A stretch of 64,000 nt of DNA from Thermoanaerobaculia bacterium (GCA_963666565.1 OY762911.1:3552001-3616000), one strand, 5' to 3'; positions 10,761 through 23,155 are shown, counted from the stretch's first letter. The notes: generated from the letters alone by a model not told the origin. Numbers and translations: made by a program.

Positions 10761-11801
10761 CTATCTCCTCAAGGTGGCCGGCAGCGTCAGCGGAGGGGCC
10801 GGCGCCACGTTCGAGGCGATGAACCGCTCCTGCCGCCAGCGGTAGTCCAGAACGTGGTTGCGGGGATCGACGGGCTCGTAGCTCCCGTCGCCGCGCCGGC
10901 GCAGCACGCCGTAGTGGAGGTTCGGCTCCACGCTCCAGCCCGTCGCGCCGACCGTTCCGATGCGCTGTCCCCGCTCGACGGATTCGCCAGGCCGAACCTC
11001 GGTCGCGTCGAGATGCCCGAACAGGGTGACGAACCGGTCGCCGTGGCGGATGCCCACGATCCGCCCGTAGCGAATCCAGGCCCGGCCGAGGGCGGCGCCC
11101 CGTCCCGCGTAGGTCACCCGTCCCGCCGCGGTGGCGCGGACCGGGGCGCCCGCGGAAGCCGCGAGGTCGATTCCGTTGTGGAACTCCTCCACGCCGGTGA
11201 CCCGGTTCTTCGTCTCCCCGAACGGGGCGACGAGGACGAAGTCGTCGCCCCCGAGCGGAACGATCGAGGGCGTCAGGTCGACGATTTCGGGTTCCGCCCG
11301 CTCGATCTCGACGGCGGCCCGCAGGCGGTCCTCGATGCGCCCGGCCACCCGTTCCACGTCCTCCTCGACGCCCGTTTCGATCAGCACCACCTGGCCCTGC
11401 CGCAGGGTCAGGGCCGGCTCCTCCAGGACGTCGACGGCCTCGCCGCAACCCTCGTTCGCCGGCCCGCCGAGTCCGTAAGCCAGCACGATCTTGCACAGCC
11501 GCCCGTCGAGCTCCGAAGCCAGCCGGCGCACCTCGGAGTAGCGTTCGGCCAGCGCTTCGAAACGGGCCGCGAGCCGCCGGTTCTCCTCCAGCGCCTCGAC
11601 CTGCTCGGCCCGGGAGAGTTGCGAACGCGCCACGGTCGGCGCGGCCAGGCCGGCGTTGACCGCGAAGGCGCAAGCGAGGATCAGGGCCGCGAAGCCGAGC
11701 CGAAGCCTCAGGGACGTCACCTCGAAGCGGCGCACGCGCCCGCGCCGCCCGTGCATCTGAAGCTGCCCGAGGCGGACGCCGCCGCCGGTACGCTCAGGCA
11801 T
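10761..11801 (-). CDS. M23 family metallopeptidase
   Basis: HNGIDL, FGHLD, PNLHY motifs, coiled-coil N-terminus. Confidence 0.88.
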   Translation of the reverse strand: MPERTGGGVRLGQLQMHGRRGRVRRFEVTSLRLRLGFAALILACAFAVNAGLAAPTVARSQLSRAEQVEALEENRRLAARFEALAERYSEVRRLASELDGRLCKIVLAYGLGGPANEGCGEAVDVLEEPALTLRQGQVVLIETGVEEDVERVAGRIEDRLRAAVEIERAEPEIVDLTPSIVPLGGDDFVLVAPFGETKNRVTGVEEFHNGIDLAASAGAPVRATAAGRVTYAGRGAALGRAWIRYGRIVGIRHGDRFVTLFGHLDATEVRPGESVERGQRIGTVGATGWSVEPNLHYGVLRRRGDGSYEPVDPRNHVLDYRWRQERFIASNVAPAPPLTLPATLRR

Positions 11802-13290
11802 CGACCCGGGCCGCCCCCCTGCCGGCCAGACGGCCGAAGACCGCGCCAGCGGTCAGCCCCGAGCCGCCCGGGTAGTTGTCGTGGAACAGGCCCCCCACGA
11901 GTTCGCCGGCCGCGAACAGGTTCGGAATCGGGCGGCCGTCCTCGTCGAGCACCCTGGCCCGCCGGTCGACCGCCAGGCCGCCGAAGGTGAACGTGATGCC
12001 GCAGGTCACGGCGAAGGCCTCGAACGGCGGCTTCTCCAGCGGATTGGCCCAGTTCGACTTGTTGACGGCGAGGCCGCTCGTCGAGCGGCCGTCGCGGACG
12101 CTCGGGTCGAAGCGGACATCGCGGCGCACCGCGGCGTTGAAGTCGCGGACCGTCCGCAGGAACGCTCCGGCGTCGACGCCGTCGAGGCCCGCCGCCAGTT
12201 CCGGGAGCGAACCCGCTTCGACCCGGGTCGCGTGCGGCTTCCGGTACTCGTCCCGCAGCAGGTGCGCCACCTGGGCGTCGAAAACCTGCCAGGCGAAACG
12301 GCCCGGCTGCTCGAGCACCTCGCGGCCGTACCGGGCGTAGGTGTAGTTGCGGAAGTCCGCGCCTTCGTCCAGGAACCGCTCTCCCCGCGCGTTGACGACG
12401 ATGCCGAGCGGATAGCTGTGCTTCTGGTAGCGGTGGCGGACCTCCAGGTTGCCCACCGCGGGCGCGTTCAGGTCCCAGGCCACGGCGTGGCAGCCCGACC
12501 ACTGCCCGGCCCGCCCGGCGCCGGCTTCGAGCGCCATGCGGATGCCGTCTCCCTCGTTGTAGCGGCTGCCGCGGACCCTGGCCGCCTCCCAGCCCTCGCC
12601 GAGATGGCGGCGCCTCCAGTCGGCGTTCGCCTCGAAGCCGCCGCTGGCGAGGACGACGGCGTCGGCCGCCAGCACGCGCCGCGCCGACGACTCCTCGACT
12701 TCGACGCCGCGGACGCCGCCGTTCTCCCGGACGAGTCCGACCGCCCGGCAGCCGTAGCGGGTCTCGACGCCGGCCTTCGCCGCCGCCCGCTCCATCGCCG
12801 CGACCAGGCCGGGACCGCCGCCGCGCGCCTGCAGCGTCAGGCCGCCCCAGAACCGGCGCTTGCCGTCGACCTCGAAGGCCTGGCCGGCGTAGAGAGGAAC
12901 GAACTCCACGCCGAGCTCGCGCATCCAGCGCAGCGTCGGCCGGCTCCGGGCCACGAGGGTCGAGGCGAGTTCCGGATCGGCCCGGCCGCCGCCGGTCCGT
13001 TCGAGATCCTCGGCGAACCGCTCCTTCGGGTAGGTCCCGAAGTCGCTGGCGGCGATCTCCTCCTCGGTCAGGCCGCCGGCCACTTCCCGCAACTCGTCGA
13101 GGCCGCGGTAGGCGAAGCGCATCGCCGCCATCGTGAAGCGGCTGTTGCCGCCCCGCTCGGCCCGCGGCGCCCGTTCGAGCGCGGTCACCGCCGCGCCTTC
13201 CTCGCGAGCCGCGAGGGCCGCGCACAGCGCCGCGTTGCCGGCGCCGACGACGATCACCCGCCGGCTGTTGTCTGCTGACCGGTGCTCCAT
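11794..13290 (-). CDS. tcuA: FAD-dependent tricarballylate dehydrogenase TcuA-like
   Basis: VVGAGNAALCAALAARE, RGGNSRFT, SGGFEAN, GITFTFGGL, NYPGGSGL motifs. Confidence 0.85.
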   Translation of the reverse strand: MEHRSADNSRRVIVVGAGNAALCAALAAREEGAAVTALERAPRAERGGNSRFTMAAMRFAYRGLDELREVAGGLTEEEIAASDFGTYPKERFAEDLERTGGGRADPELASTLVARSRPTLRWMRELGVEFVPLYAGQAFEVDGKRRFWGGLTLQARGGGPGLVAAMERAAAKAGVETRYGCRAVGLVRENGGVRGVEVEESSARRVLAADAVVLASGGFEANADWRRRHLGEGWEAARVRGSRYNEGDGIRMALEAGAGRAGQWSGCHAVAWDLNAPAVGNLEVRHRYQKHSYPLGIVVNARGERFLDEGADFRNYTYARYGREVLEQPGRFAWQVFDAQVAHLLRDEYRKPHATRVEAGSLPELAAGLDGVDAGAFLRTVRDFNAAVRRDVRFDPSVRDGRSTSGLAVNKSNWANPLEKPPFEAFAVTCGITFTFGGLAVDRRARVLDEDGRPIPNLFAAGELVGGLFHDNYPGGSGLTAGAVFGRLAGRGAARVDA

Positions 13291-13451
13291 CTCTCCTCGC
13301 CTTCCCGGCAGCAGAAGGTAGCGCAGATCCGCCGGACGCCCCGCCGGCTCGACGCGAACCGCCGGCGACCTCTCCCGATCGGCGCGCCTTTCTCCCCGGT
13401 CGGGGTACGTAGCGCGGCGCCCGGCAGGCGGTTACTGTAGGCCGTCTTCGC

Positions 13452-14258
13452 ATGGACGACTCGACGAGCAGCAACGACGCGGGCGGTCGCGGCGGCCGCT
13501 TCGCCGGCAAGGTCGCGGTCGTGACCGGCGCCGCAGGCGGCTTCGGCAAGGCGATCGCCCGCCGGCTGGCGGACGAGGGCGCCGCGGTGGCCCTCGCGGA
13601 CATCGACTCGGGCAAGGGGAAGCGCACCGCGGCTCAACTCGCCGGACGCGGCGCCAGGGTTCTCTTCGAGACGGTCGACGTCTCGAAGGGCGACGACCTG
13701 AAGCGCCTGATGGAGCGCGCCTGCGGCGCCTTCGGCGGCATGGACATCCTGGTGAACAACGCCGGCTACTGCCACCGGGCGAAGCCGCTGTGGAGACTCC
13801 CCGAAGCCGACTACGACCGGGTCTTCGAGGTCAACGTGAAGAGCGTCTACCTGGGCGCGGTACACGGCGTGCCGCGCCTGATCGAGCGCGGCGGCGGCGT
13901 CATCGTGAACACGGCGTCCATCGGCGCCATCCGACCCCGGCCGCTGATCACCGCGTACAACGCGACGAAGGGGGCGGTCATCACGATGACGCGGGGCCTG
14001 GCGACGGAACTCGCGCAGCACGGCATCCGGGTCAACGCGGTGAACCCCGTCGCGGCCGACACGGACTTCATGAAGGGCCCCTCCGGCGGGCGGAAGCTGG
14101 ACGACGCCGGACGGGACGTCCTCGAGAAGACGATCCCGCTCGGCCGGCTCGCCGAACCGGCGGACGTCGCCGCCGCCGTCGCCTACCTCGCCTCGGACGA
14201 CGCCTCGTTCCTCACCGGCGTCTGCCTCGACGTCGACGGAGGCCGCAGCATCGGCTGA
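13452..14258 (+). CDS. Short-chain dehydrogenase/reductase
   Basis: TGAAGGFG, NNAG, YNATK motifs. Confidence 0.93.
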   Translation: MDDSTSSNDAGGRGGRFAGKVAVVTGAAGGFGKAIARRLADEGAAVALADIDSGKGKRTAAQLAGRGARVLFETVDVSKGDDLKRLMERACGAFGGMDILVNNAGYCHRAKPLWRLPEADYDRVFEVNVKSVYLGAVHGVPRLIERGGGVIVNTASIGAIRPRPLITAYNATKGAVITMTRGLATELAQHGIRVNAVNPVAADTDFMKGPSGGRKLDDAGRDVLEKTIPLGRLAEPADVAAAVAYLASDDASFLTGVCLDVDGGRSIG

Positions 14259-14260
14259 CG

Positions 14261-14490
14261 CCCGCTGGGTGCGCGGGTCTCCGACCCGCCCGCTGGGTGC
14301 GCGGGTCTCCGACCCGCCCGCTGGGTGCGCGGGTCTTCCGACCCGCTCACGGGCGAAGCCGCGGAGCGGCGCAGCCCGAACAGCAAGGCCGCCGGCCGCA
14401 GGCCGGCGACGATAGTGGCGCCGGCCTCCCGGCCGGCACGTTTTTCCGGCCGCCTGCGGCGGCAAGCGGGTCGGAAGACCCGCGCACCCG
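14261..14490. repeat. Palindromic element family A (REPIN-like), with triplicated left end
   Basis: GGGTGCGCGGGTCT(T)CCGACCCGC three times at 28-bp period (14261, 14289, 14317), inverted copy at 14466-14489. Confidence 0.9.
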
Positions 14491-14512
14491 GCGGAGGGCA
14501 CCCGTCGGAGGG

Positions 14513-15802
14513 CTACGGCAGTTCGACGGCCCGGCCGCCGACGACGGTGCCGGCCGGCGCGCCGCGGAGCTTCCAGCCGGCGAAGGGCGTGTTGCGCGAC
14601 TTGCTCCGGAACGCGGGCGGGTCGACCTCGACCTCGCGGTCCAGGTCGATCAGCGTGACGTCGCCGGGCGAACCGGGGGCGAGGCTGCCGCCGGGGACGC
14701 CGAGGATCCGCGCCGGCGCCGCCGACAGCAGGTCGACCAGGCGCGCGAGATCGATCGCGCCATTCCCCACCAGCCGGTCCAGGCAAAGGCTGAGCGTCGT
14801 CTCCAGCCCGACGATGCCGTTCGGCGCGGCGACGAAGTCGAGCTCCTTCTCGTCCGGATGGTGCGGCGCGTGGTCGCTCGCGATCGCGTCGATGGCGCCC
14901 TCCGCGAGGCCCGCGACCAGGGCGTCCCGGTCGGCGGCGCTCCGGAGCGGCGGATGCATCTTGAAGTTCGGGTCGAGCCCCGAGTCGAACACGTCCTCGT
15001 CCGTCAGCAGGAGGTGATGGGCCGAGACCTCGCAGGTGACCCGGCAGCCGCCGGCCCTGGCGCCGCGGATCAGGTCCAGGCCGCGGGCGGTCGACATGTG
15101 CGCCAGGTGGTAGCGGCCGCCGGTGTCGGCCGCGAGGATCAGGTCGCGGGCGACCATCGCGTCGTCCGCGGCGCCGGGAATGCCCTCGACGCCGAGCCGG
15201 GTCGAGAACCGCCCCTCGTGCATCACGCCGTCGCCGGAGAGACGGAGCTCCTCGGCGTGCTGGATGACCGGCAGGTCGAAGTGCCGCGCGTAGCGCAGCG
15301 CCTGGCGCATCAGGGCGGCGTTCCAGACCGGCCGGCCGTCGTCCGAAACAGCCACCGCCCCGGCCCGCCGCTGCGCGCCGAACTCCGTCAGTTCGCGACC
15401 CTCCAGCCCCCTGCTCACGGCGGCGATCGGGTACACCCGGGCCCAGCCCGCCCGGTCCGCCTGCTTGAGCATGAACTCGGTGACCGACGGGTCGTCGTTC
15501 ACCGGCGCCGTGTTCGGCATGCAGGCGACGGCGGTGAACCCGCCGGCGGCGGCCGCCCGCGTGCCGGTCTCGATCGTCTCCTTGTACTCCTGCCCCGGCT
15601 CCCGCAGGTGGACGTGCATGTCGATCAGGCCGGGCGTCACGACGAGCCCGGAGGCGTCGATCTCGCGAACGCCGTCCGGCGCCTCGAGCCCCGGACCGCA
15701 GGCGCGGACCGCGCCGTCCTCGATCAGCACGTCCGCCGGACCGTCGAGCCCCTGGCTCGGGTCCACGACCCGGCCGCCCCGGATGAACAGCGTCCCGTTC
15801 AT
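14513..15802 (-). CDS. pyrC: Dihydroorotase
   Basis: DMHVHLREPG, CMPNT, KMHPPLR, SDHAPH motifs. Confidence 0.96.
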   Translation of the reverse strand: MNGTLFIRGGRVVDPSQGLDGPADVLIEDGAVRACGPGLEAPDGVREIDASGLVVTPGLIDMHVHLREPGQEYKETIETGTRAAAAGGFTAVACMPNTAPVNDDPSVTEFMLKQADRAGWARVYPIAAVSRGLEGRELTEFGAQRRAGAVAVSDDGRPVWNAALMRQALRYARHFDLPVIQHAEELRLSGDGVMHEGRFSTRLGVEGIPGAADDAMVARDLILAADTGGRYHLAHMSTARGLDLIRGARAGGCRVTCEVSAHHLLLTDEDVFDSGLDPNFKMHPPLRSAADRDALVAGLAEGAIDAIASDHAPHHPDEKELDFVAAPNGIVGLETTLSLCLDRLVGNGAIDLARLVDLLSAAPARILGVPGGSLAPGSPGDVTLIDLDREVEVDPPAFRSKSRNTPFAGWKLRGAPAGTVVGGRAVELP

Positions 15803-15881
15803 CGCGCCACCGGCGCCCGCCTCCGCACCGCCTTCTCGCCGCCCGCCGTCGTCCGCCCGCCGCGAATCGCCATCGATCCGC

Positions 15882-16834
<953 letters not shown>

Positions 16835-16838
<4 letters not shown>

Positions 16839-17392
16839 CCTTCCCGGTCGAGCAGCTCGACCATCTCCTTGCCGCCGTCGGTGGCGGCGTAGGAGACCTT
16901 GATCACTTCGGTGTCGGTCGTCTGCACGTGCTCGCCCACGCAGTCGGCATGGATCGGCAGTTCGCGGTGGCCCCGGTCGATCAGCACCGCCAGGCGGATC
17001 GCCCGCGGCCGGCCGTAGTCCATGATCAGGGCGTCCATCGCCGCCCGGATCGTGCGGCCGCTGTAGAGCACGTCGTCGCAGAGCACGACGATCCGGTCGT
17101 CGATCGGAACCGGCATGACGCTCTCCTTGACCACGGGCTGCGGAGCGACGGTCGAGAGATCGTCCCGGTAGAGCGTGATGTCGAGTACGCCGACCGGCAC
17201 CTCGACGCCCTCCGTGCGGGCGATCTCGGCGGCGATGAAGTCGGCCAGCGGCACTCCGCGCGTCCGCACTCCGACCAGCAACAGCGAGTCCGTGCCGCCG
17301 GCGCGCTCGACCACCTCGAGAGCCATGCGGCGCATCGTCCGCGCCATCTGCGGCGCGTCGAAGAGCGTCCTCTTGACGGTCAGCGCACTCAC
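16835..17392 (-). CDS. pyrR: Bifunctional pyrimidine regulator / uracil phosphoribosyltransferase
   Basis: [38 protein letters not shown] motifs. Confidence 0.96.
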
Positions 17393-17424
17393 TGCCGCGG
17401 CAGCGTATCAGCGGCGCGCCGCGA

Positions 17425-17472
17425 ACGCCACATGTTGTGGACATTCGCACCTGCCGGCACAACTCCTTGTGA
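17425..17472. promoter_or_regulatory. Putative tandem NrdR boxes in the pyrR/smc divergent region
   Basis: ACGCCACATGTTGTGG (17425) and GCACAACTCCTTGTGA (17457), 32 bp apart; compared by eye with consensus acaCwAtATaTwGtgt. Confidence 0.45.
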
Positions 17473-17534
17473 CTTATGCACGGATCCTGTTATGTTCCCC
17501 TCGCGCCGGCCCCCGAACCCGGCCGACCCCGACG

Positions 17535-20500
17535 ATGCTCAAACTGGAAAGCCTCGAAGTCAACGGCTTCAAGACCTTCGTCGACCCGGTGACGAGCCGG
17601 TTCGCGCCCGGCATCACCGCGATCGTCGGGCCGAACGGCTGCGGCAAGAGCAACCTGGCCGAGGCGATCACCTGGGTGCTCGGCGAACAGAGCGCCAAGT
17701 CCCTCCGCGGCAGTTCCATGGAGGAGGTCATATTCAACGGGAGCGGCCAGCGCAAGCCCCTGGGGATGGCCGAGGTGAGCCTCACCTTCCTCACCGACGG
17801 CAGCGTCGAGCACGCGGAGGACGGCCGCGTGACGATCGGGCGGCGAATCTTCCGCGGCGGCGAGGGCCAGTACCGCCTGAACGACCGGGTGGCCCGGCTC
17901 AAGGACGTGCGCGACCTCCTGATGGACACGGGCCTGGGCTTCCGCGCCTACTCCGTCATCGAGCAGGGCCGGATCGGGATGATCCTCTCCGGCAGGCCCC
18001 AGGAACGCCGGAAGCTGCTGGAGGAAGCGGCCGGCATCACCCGCTACAAGAACCGCAAGCGGCTCGCCAGCCTGAAGCTCGAGGATGCCACCGCCGATCT
18101 GCTCCGGCTCGACGACATCGTCGCCGAGGTCGAGCGCCGCCTGCGCTCTCTCAAGCGGCAGGCGAACGCCGCCCGGCGGCACCGCGAACGCAGGGGCGCC
18201 TACCGCGAACTGCTGGACGCCGTGCTCCGCGTCCGCTGGGCGAAGCGCCGGGGCGAGCTGGAGGAACTCGCGTCGGCTCTGGCGAGCGAGGCCGACCGGG
18301 AGGCCGGGATCCTGGGCGAGATCGCCCGCGCCAACGAGGAACTCGCCGAGTGCCGCCAGGCCATCGACGCGCGCACCGGAGAGGCGGTGCGCTCGCACGA
18401 GCGGCAGGCCACCCTGCTGGCTACGATCGAGGGACGCCAGGAGCTGATCAAGGGCGCCCGCGCCACGCGGGCCGAAATCGCCGAACGGCTCGCCGCCGGC
18501 GCCCGCGGCGCCGAGGCGAGCCGCCGCGAGCTGTCCTCGGCCGAGGAGTCGCTCGCCGTCCTCGCCGGCCGCCGCCAGATGTTCCTCTCGAAGCGCGAAG
18601 CGGCGCTGGCAAGCGTCCGGGAGGACCGGCAGCGGATCGACGAGGCCGACGCCGCGATCGAGCGGGCCCGGAAGCGCCACCGGGACCTGCTGGAGGAACA
18701 GGCGGCGTCGCGGGCGGAGATCGACGAGTTGCGCCGCCGCCTGGTCTCCGAGCGGATCGACGCCGAGAAGGCCGTCGACCGCCGCGACCGCGCCGAAGAG
18801 ACGCTGGAGCTTCGCCGCAAGGCGCTCCGCGCGATCGACATCGAGGACCGGGCCGCCGCCGCCAAGGTGGAGGACCTGGAGGCCGCCCTGGCGACCGAAA
18901 CCCGCGCCGCGGAGAGAACGGCAGCGGACCTCGACACGAGCAGGAACCGGCGGCAGGCGGCACAGGCCGAACTCGAAACCCGCCGCGACGAACTGGTCGA
19001 AGCCCAGAAACGGGCCGCCGTCCTGCGGGAACTCGCCCAGCGGGACGAGGAGCTGCGAGCCGGGATCCGGGCGGCGCTGCTCGAGCTGGGCCTTTCCGAG
19101 CCCCGCTTCCTCGGCGACGAGGCCGACGTGCCGGCCGGCTGGGAAGACAGCCTGGATCTCTTCCTCGGGCCGGGCCGCAACGCGATCCTGCTCCCCGGCG
19201 ACGAGGACGCGGCCGCCATCGCCCGCGCGCTCGGCGGCTTCGACCGCCAGGTCACGCTCCTGCGGCCGGCCGACGCCCCGGCGCCGCGGCCGGAACTGGA
19301 CGACCCGGCGATCGTCGGCGACGTGTCGGCCGCGCTGGGCCTGCCGCCGGAACTCCGCGGCGCGCTGCCCCCCGGCTACCTCGTCTCCGGCCTGGATGCG
19401 GCCGAACGGCTGGCGGCAGCCAACCCCGGCGTCGCCTTCCTCTGCCGGGACCGGCTCTGGATCGAGGCCGGCCGCGTCACCGTGCGCGGCGAGGGCGCGG
19501 CGCCGGGCGCGCTGGGCCGCCAGCGGGAACTCGACGGCCTCGGCGCGCATATCGACGAACTCGAAGAGCGCACCGCGACCCTGGGCCGGGAGATCGAGGC
19601 CGCCTCCGGCAGCGTCCGCGACGCCGAAGCCGCGGGACAGCGGATCGAGCGGACCGCGGCCGAGTTGCGCGAACGGCTTGCGGTCGCCAGGTCCCGGCGC
19701 CAGGACATCGCCGAGCGGCGCGCCGCGCAGGCGCGCGAAAGCGCCGCGGCCGAGGCCGAACGCGACGAACTGAGCCGCGAGATCGCCGAGACGGAGAGCC
19801 GGCAGGCGGGGATCCGGACCGACATCGAGGCCCGGGAGACGGTTCACCGCAGCCTGGAGCGGGCGGTCGAGGAAGGGGCCGCCGCAGTCGAGCGGGCCCG
19901 CGAGGAACGCGAGGAGCACGTCACCGCGGGCGCCGGCCGCCAGGGCCAGCTCGAGCTGATCGAGGAGCGCTCCACGACCGAGCGGAACGAGAGCGAGAGG
20001 CTGGAGCAACGCATCGCCAGCCTGCGCGAGGCGGACGAGGAGTGGCTGGCGGAGCAGGAGCGCCTGCGCGGGCGCCTGGTCGAACTGGAGGACGCATCGA
20101 ACCGGGCGCAACGGGAACTCGACGCCGCCGTCGCCGAGCGAACGAGCGCCGGAGACCGGGCGGCCCGCGCTCAGGCGGCCCTCGACGAGGAGCGGGAGCG
20201 CGGCCGCGAGCTGGAGGCCCGGGTGGGCGACCTCGGCGTCCGGCGCGACGAAGTGCGCGACCGGATCGAGGAGCTGCGAGTGCGCCAGGCCGCCCTGCGC
20301 CAGGACGCGGAGCACCTGGAACGGGACTACCGCGAGGAGTTCGGCCGCGAGGTGGCCGCGGCGGAACCGCCGGCGGCCGAAGACGGACCGGCCCCCGACC
20401 TCGAGGCGATGACCGAGGAGCTCGAACGCCGGCGCAGCCTGCTGGAGCGGATGGGGCCGGTCAACGTCCTCGCGGCGGACGAGTACGACGAACAGCAGGA

Positions 20501-21077
20501 ACGCCACGAGTTCCTGACCGGGCAGCGCGCCGACGTAGCGGCGTCGGTCGAGGGCCTGAAGCGCACGATCCGCGACATCGACCGGACCTCGTCGGAGCGC
20601 TTCGTCGCCGCCTTCCGCGAAGTGAACGAGAACTTCGGCCGCACCTTCACCGAGCTCTTCCGCGGCGGCGACGCGGAGATGCGGCTGATGGACGAGGACG
20701 ACCCGCTCGACTGCGGCATCGAGATCAACGCCCGGCCCCCCGGCAAGCGCGCCCAGAACATCATGCTGCTCTCGGGCGGCGAGAAGGCGCTGGCGGCGAT
20801 CGCCCTGCTCTTCGCCCTCTTCCAGACCAAGCCCTCGCCGTTCTGCATCCTCGACGAGGTCGACGCCCCGCTCGACGACGCGAACATCCTGCGCTTCGTC
20901 GACATGCTGCAGCGGATGTCGGCCGAGACCCAGTTCCTCGTCATCACCCACAACAAGCTGACGATGCAAGCGGCGAGCACCCTCTACGGGGTGACGATGG
21001 AGGAACGCGGCGTCTCGAAGATCGTCGGCGTCGACGTCGACGAGATGCACCCCGAGCGGCAACTGGCGACCGCCTGA
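17535..21077 (+). CDS. smc: Chromosome segregation protein SMC
   Basis: GFKTF, GPNGCGKSN Walker A, long coiled coils, LSGGEK signature, LDEVDAPLD Walker B. Confidence 0.97.
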   Translation: MLKLESLEVNGFKTFVDPVTSRFAPGITAIVGPNGCGKSNLAEAITWVLGEQSAKSLRGSSMEEVIFNGSGQRKPLGMAEVSLTFLTDGSVEHAEDGRVTIGRRIFRGGEGQYRLNDRVARLKDVRDLLMDTGLGFRAYSVIEQGRIGMILSGRPQERRKLLEEAAGITRYKNRKRLASLKLEDATADLLRLDDIVAEVERRLRSLKRQANAARRHRERRGAYRELLDAVLRVRWAKRRGELEELASALASEADREAGILGEIARANEELAECRQAIDARTGEAVRSHERQATLLATIEGRQELIKGARATRAEIAERLAAGARGAEASRRELSSAEESLAVLAGRRQMFLSKREAALASVREDRQRIDEADAAIERARKRHRDLLEEQAASRAEIDELRRRLVSERIDAEKAVDRRDRAEETLELRRKALRAIDIEDRAAAAKVEDLEAALATETRAAERTAADLDTSRNRRQAAQAELETRRDELVEAQKRAAVLRELAQRDEELRAGIRAALLELGLSEPRFLGDEADVPAGWEDSLDLFLGPGRNAILLPGDEDAAAIARALGGFDRQVTLLRPADAPAPRPELDDPAIVGDVSAALGLPPELRGALPPGYLVSGLDAAERLAAANPGVAFLCRDRLWIEAGRVTVRGEGAAPGALGRQRELDGLGAHIDELEERTATLGREIEAASGSVRDAEAAGQRIERTAAELRERLAVARSRRQDIAERRAAQARESAAAEAERDELSREIAETESRQAGIRTDIEARETVHRSLERAVEEGAAAVERAREEREEHVTAGAGRQGQLELIEERSTTERNESERLEQRIASLREADEEWLAEQERLRGRLVELEDASNRAQRELDAAVAERTSAGDRAARAQAALDEERERGRELEARVGDLGVRRDEVRDRIEELRVRQAALRQDAEHLERDYREEFGREVAAAEPPAAEDGPAPDLEAMTEELERRRSLLERMGPVNVLAADEYDEQQERHEFLTGQRADVAASVEGLKRTIRDIDRTSSERFVAAFREVNENFGRTFTELFRGGDAEMRLMDEDDPLDCGIEINARPPGKRAQNIMLLSGGEKALAAIALLFALFQTKPSPFCILDEVDAPLDDANILRFVDMLQRMSAETQFLVITHNKLTMQAASTLYGVTMEERGVSKIVGVDVDEMHPERQLATA

Positions 21078-21084
21078 ACCCACC

Positions 21085-21135
21085 GGGCGCGACGCCCCTC
21101 CGACCCGCACTGGGTGCGCGGGTCTTCCGACCCGC
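21085..21135 (+). repeat. Family A solo REP-like unit plus a degenerate upstream copy
   Basis: Exact GGGTGCGCGGGTCTTCCGACCCGC at 21112-21135, just after the smc stop. Confidence 0.85.
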
Positions 21136-21178
21136 TTCCGCCGCGGGCCGCCCGGGCCCGCGCTGGTACGCTCCCGCC

Positions 21179-22486
<1,308 letters not shown>

Positions 22487-22501
22487 CCCGCCGGGTGCGC
22501 C

Positions 22502-22640
22502 GGGTGCGCGGGTCTTCCGACCCGCTGCCGCCGCAGGCGGCTTGGGAACATCGTCGCCGGCCAAAGGCCGGCGGCTCTGCCCGTAGGGCTTGCACCGCTC
22601 CGCGGCGCCGCCCTGGGCGGGTCGGAAGACCCGCGCACCC
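22502..22640. repeat. Palindromic element family A (complete, 139 bp)
   Basis: 24-bp terminal inverted repeats with conserved core; lies between convergent genes. Confidence 0.9.
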
Positions 22641-22651
22641 GGCGAGCGGAG

Positions 22652-23044
22652 CTAGTCCGGCGCCGCCGAGAGCCGGCGCGCCGCCACCAGACAGCCGCCG
22701 GCGATCAGCAACCCCAGCAGTTCCCGGCTGTCCTCGATGTAGGACCGCTCGGCCGACATCGGCGCCCACAGGTCGCTGGCCGGGCGATTCAGGACCCAGT
22801 CGACGAAGCCCGGCAGGGTCGCTACGGCCCCCGCGACGGTGACCGCCGCCAGAGCCAGGAAGGCGGCGCGGGGCAGCGGCCGGTAGCCGGCGACCGTGCA
22901 GGCGGCGGCCACCGCGGCGTAGTAGGTCACCCAGATCAGCGGATCCGGGTCGTTGAGCTGCAGCATGGCGAACGCCAGCATCGCCAGGCCGAGCAGCAGG
23001 GGCGGGAACCGGGGACCCGCGCGACGCCGTGAAGAGGACCGCAT
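22652..23044 (-). CDS. Transmembrane 220 family protein
   Basis: LQLNDPDPLIW and EDSRELLGLLI motifs. Confidence 0.8.
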   Translation of the reverse strand: MRSSSRRRAGPRFPPLLLGLAMLAFAMLQLNDPDPLIWVTYYAAVAAACTVAGYRPLPRAAFLALAAVTVAGAVATLPGFVDWVLNRPASDLWAPMSAERSYIEDSRELLGLLIAGGCLVAARRLSAAPD

Positions 23045-23117
23045 CGCGCCGAGGTTAGCGCCGGCGGCCCGCGGGCGGAGACGGTCGTTCCGTTCGTCAG
23101 GTTCATCTTGTTCAGTC

Positions 23118-23147
23118 TTGACAAAACAAACCGGATGTTCCAACATC
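23118..23147 (+). promoter_or_regulatory. Sigma70-like promoter with overlapping palindrome (probable autoregulatory operator)
   Basis: TTGACA 23118-23123, 17-bp spacer, CAACAT; palindrome GATGTT-CC-AACATC 23134-23147; AT-rich island. Confidence 0.6.
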
Positions 23148-23155
23148 TCCGACCG

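Noticed and set aside
14261-14346. Tandem 28-bp palindromic repeats as a CRISPR array
   Set aside because: No unique spacers, no cas genes, and the same unit is dispersed as inverted pairs.
17436-17482. DnaA-box-like 9-mers (TGTGGACAT, TTATGCACG) suggesting oriC
   Set aside because: Only two mismatched boxes, no unwinding element and no dnaA context.
17393-17534. PyrR attenuator upstream of pyrR
   Set aside because: No recognisable PyrR-binding loop or terminator with U-tract in the short region.
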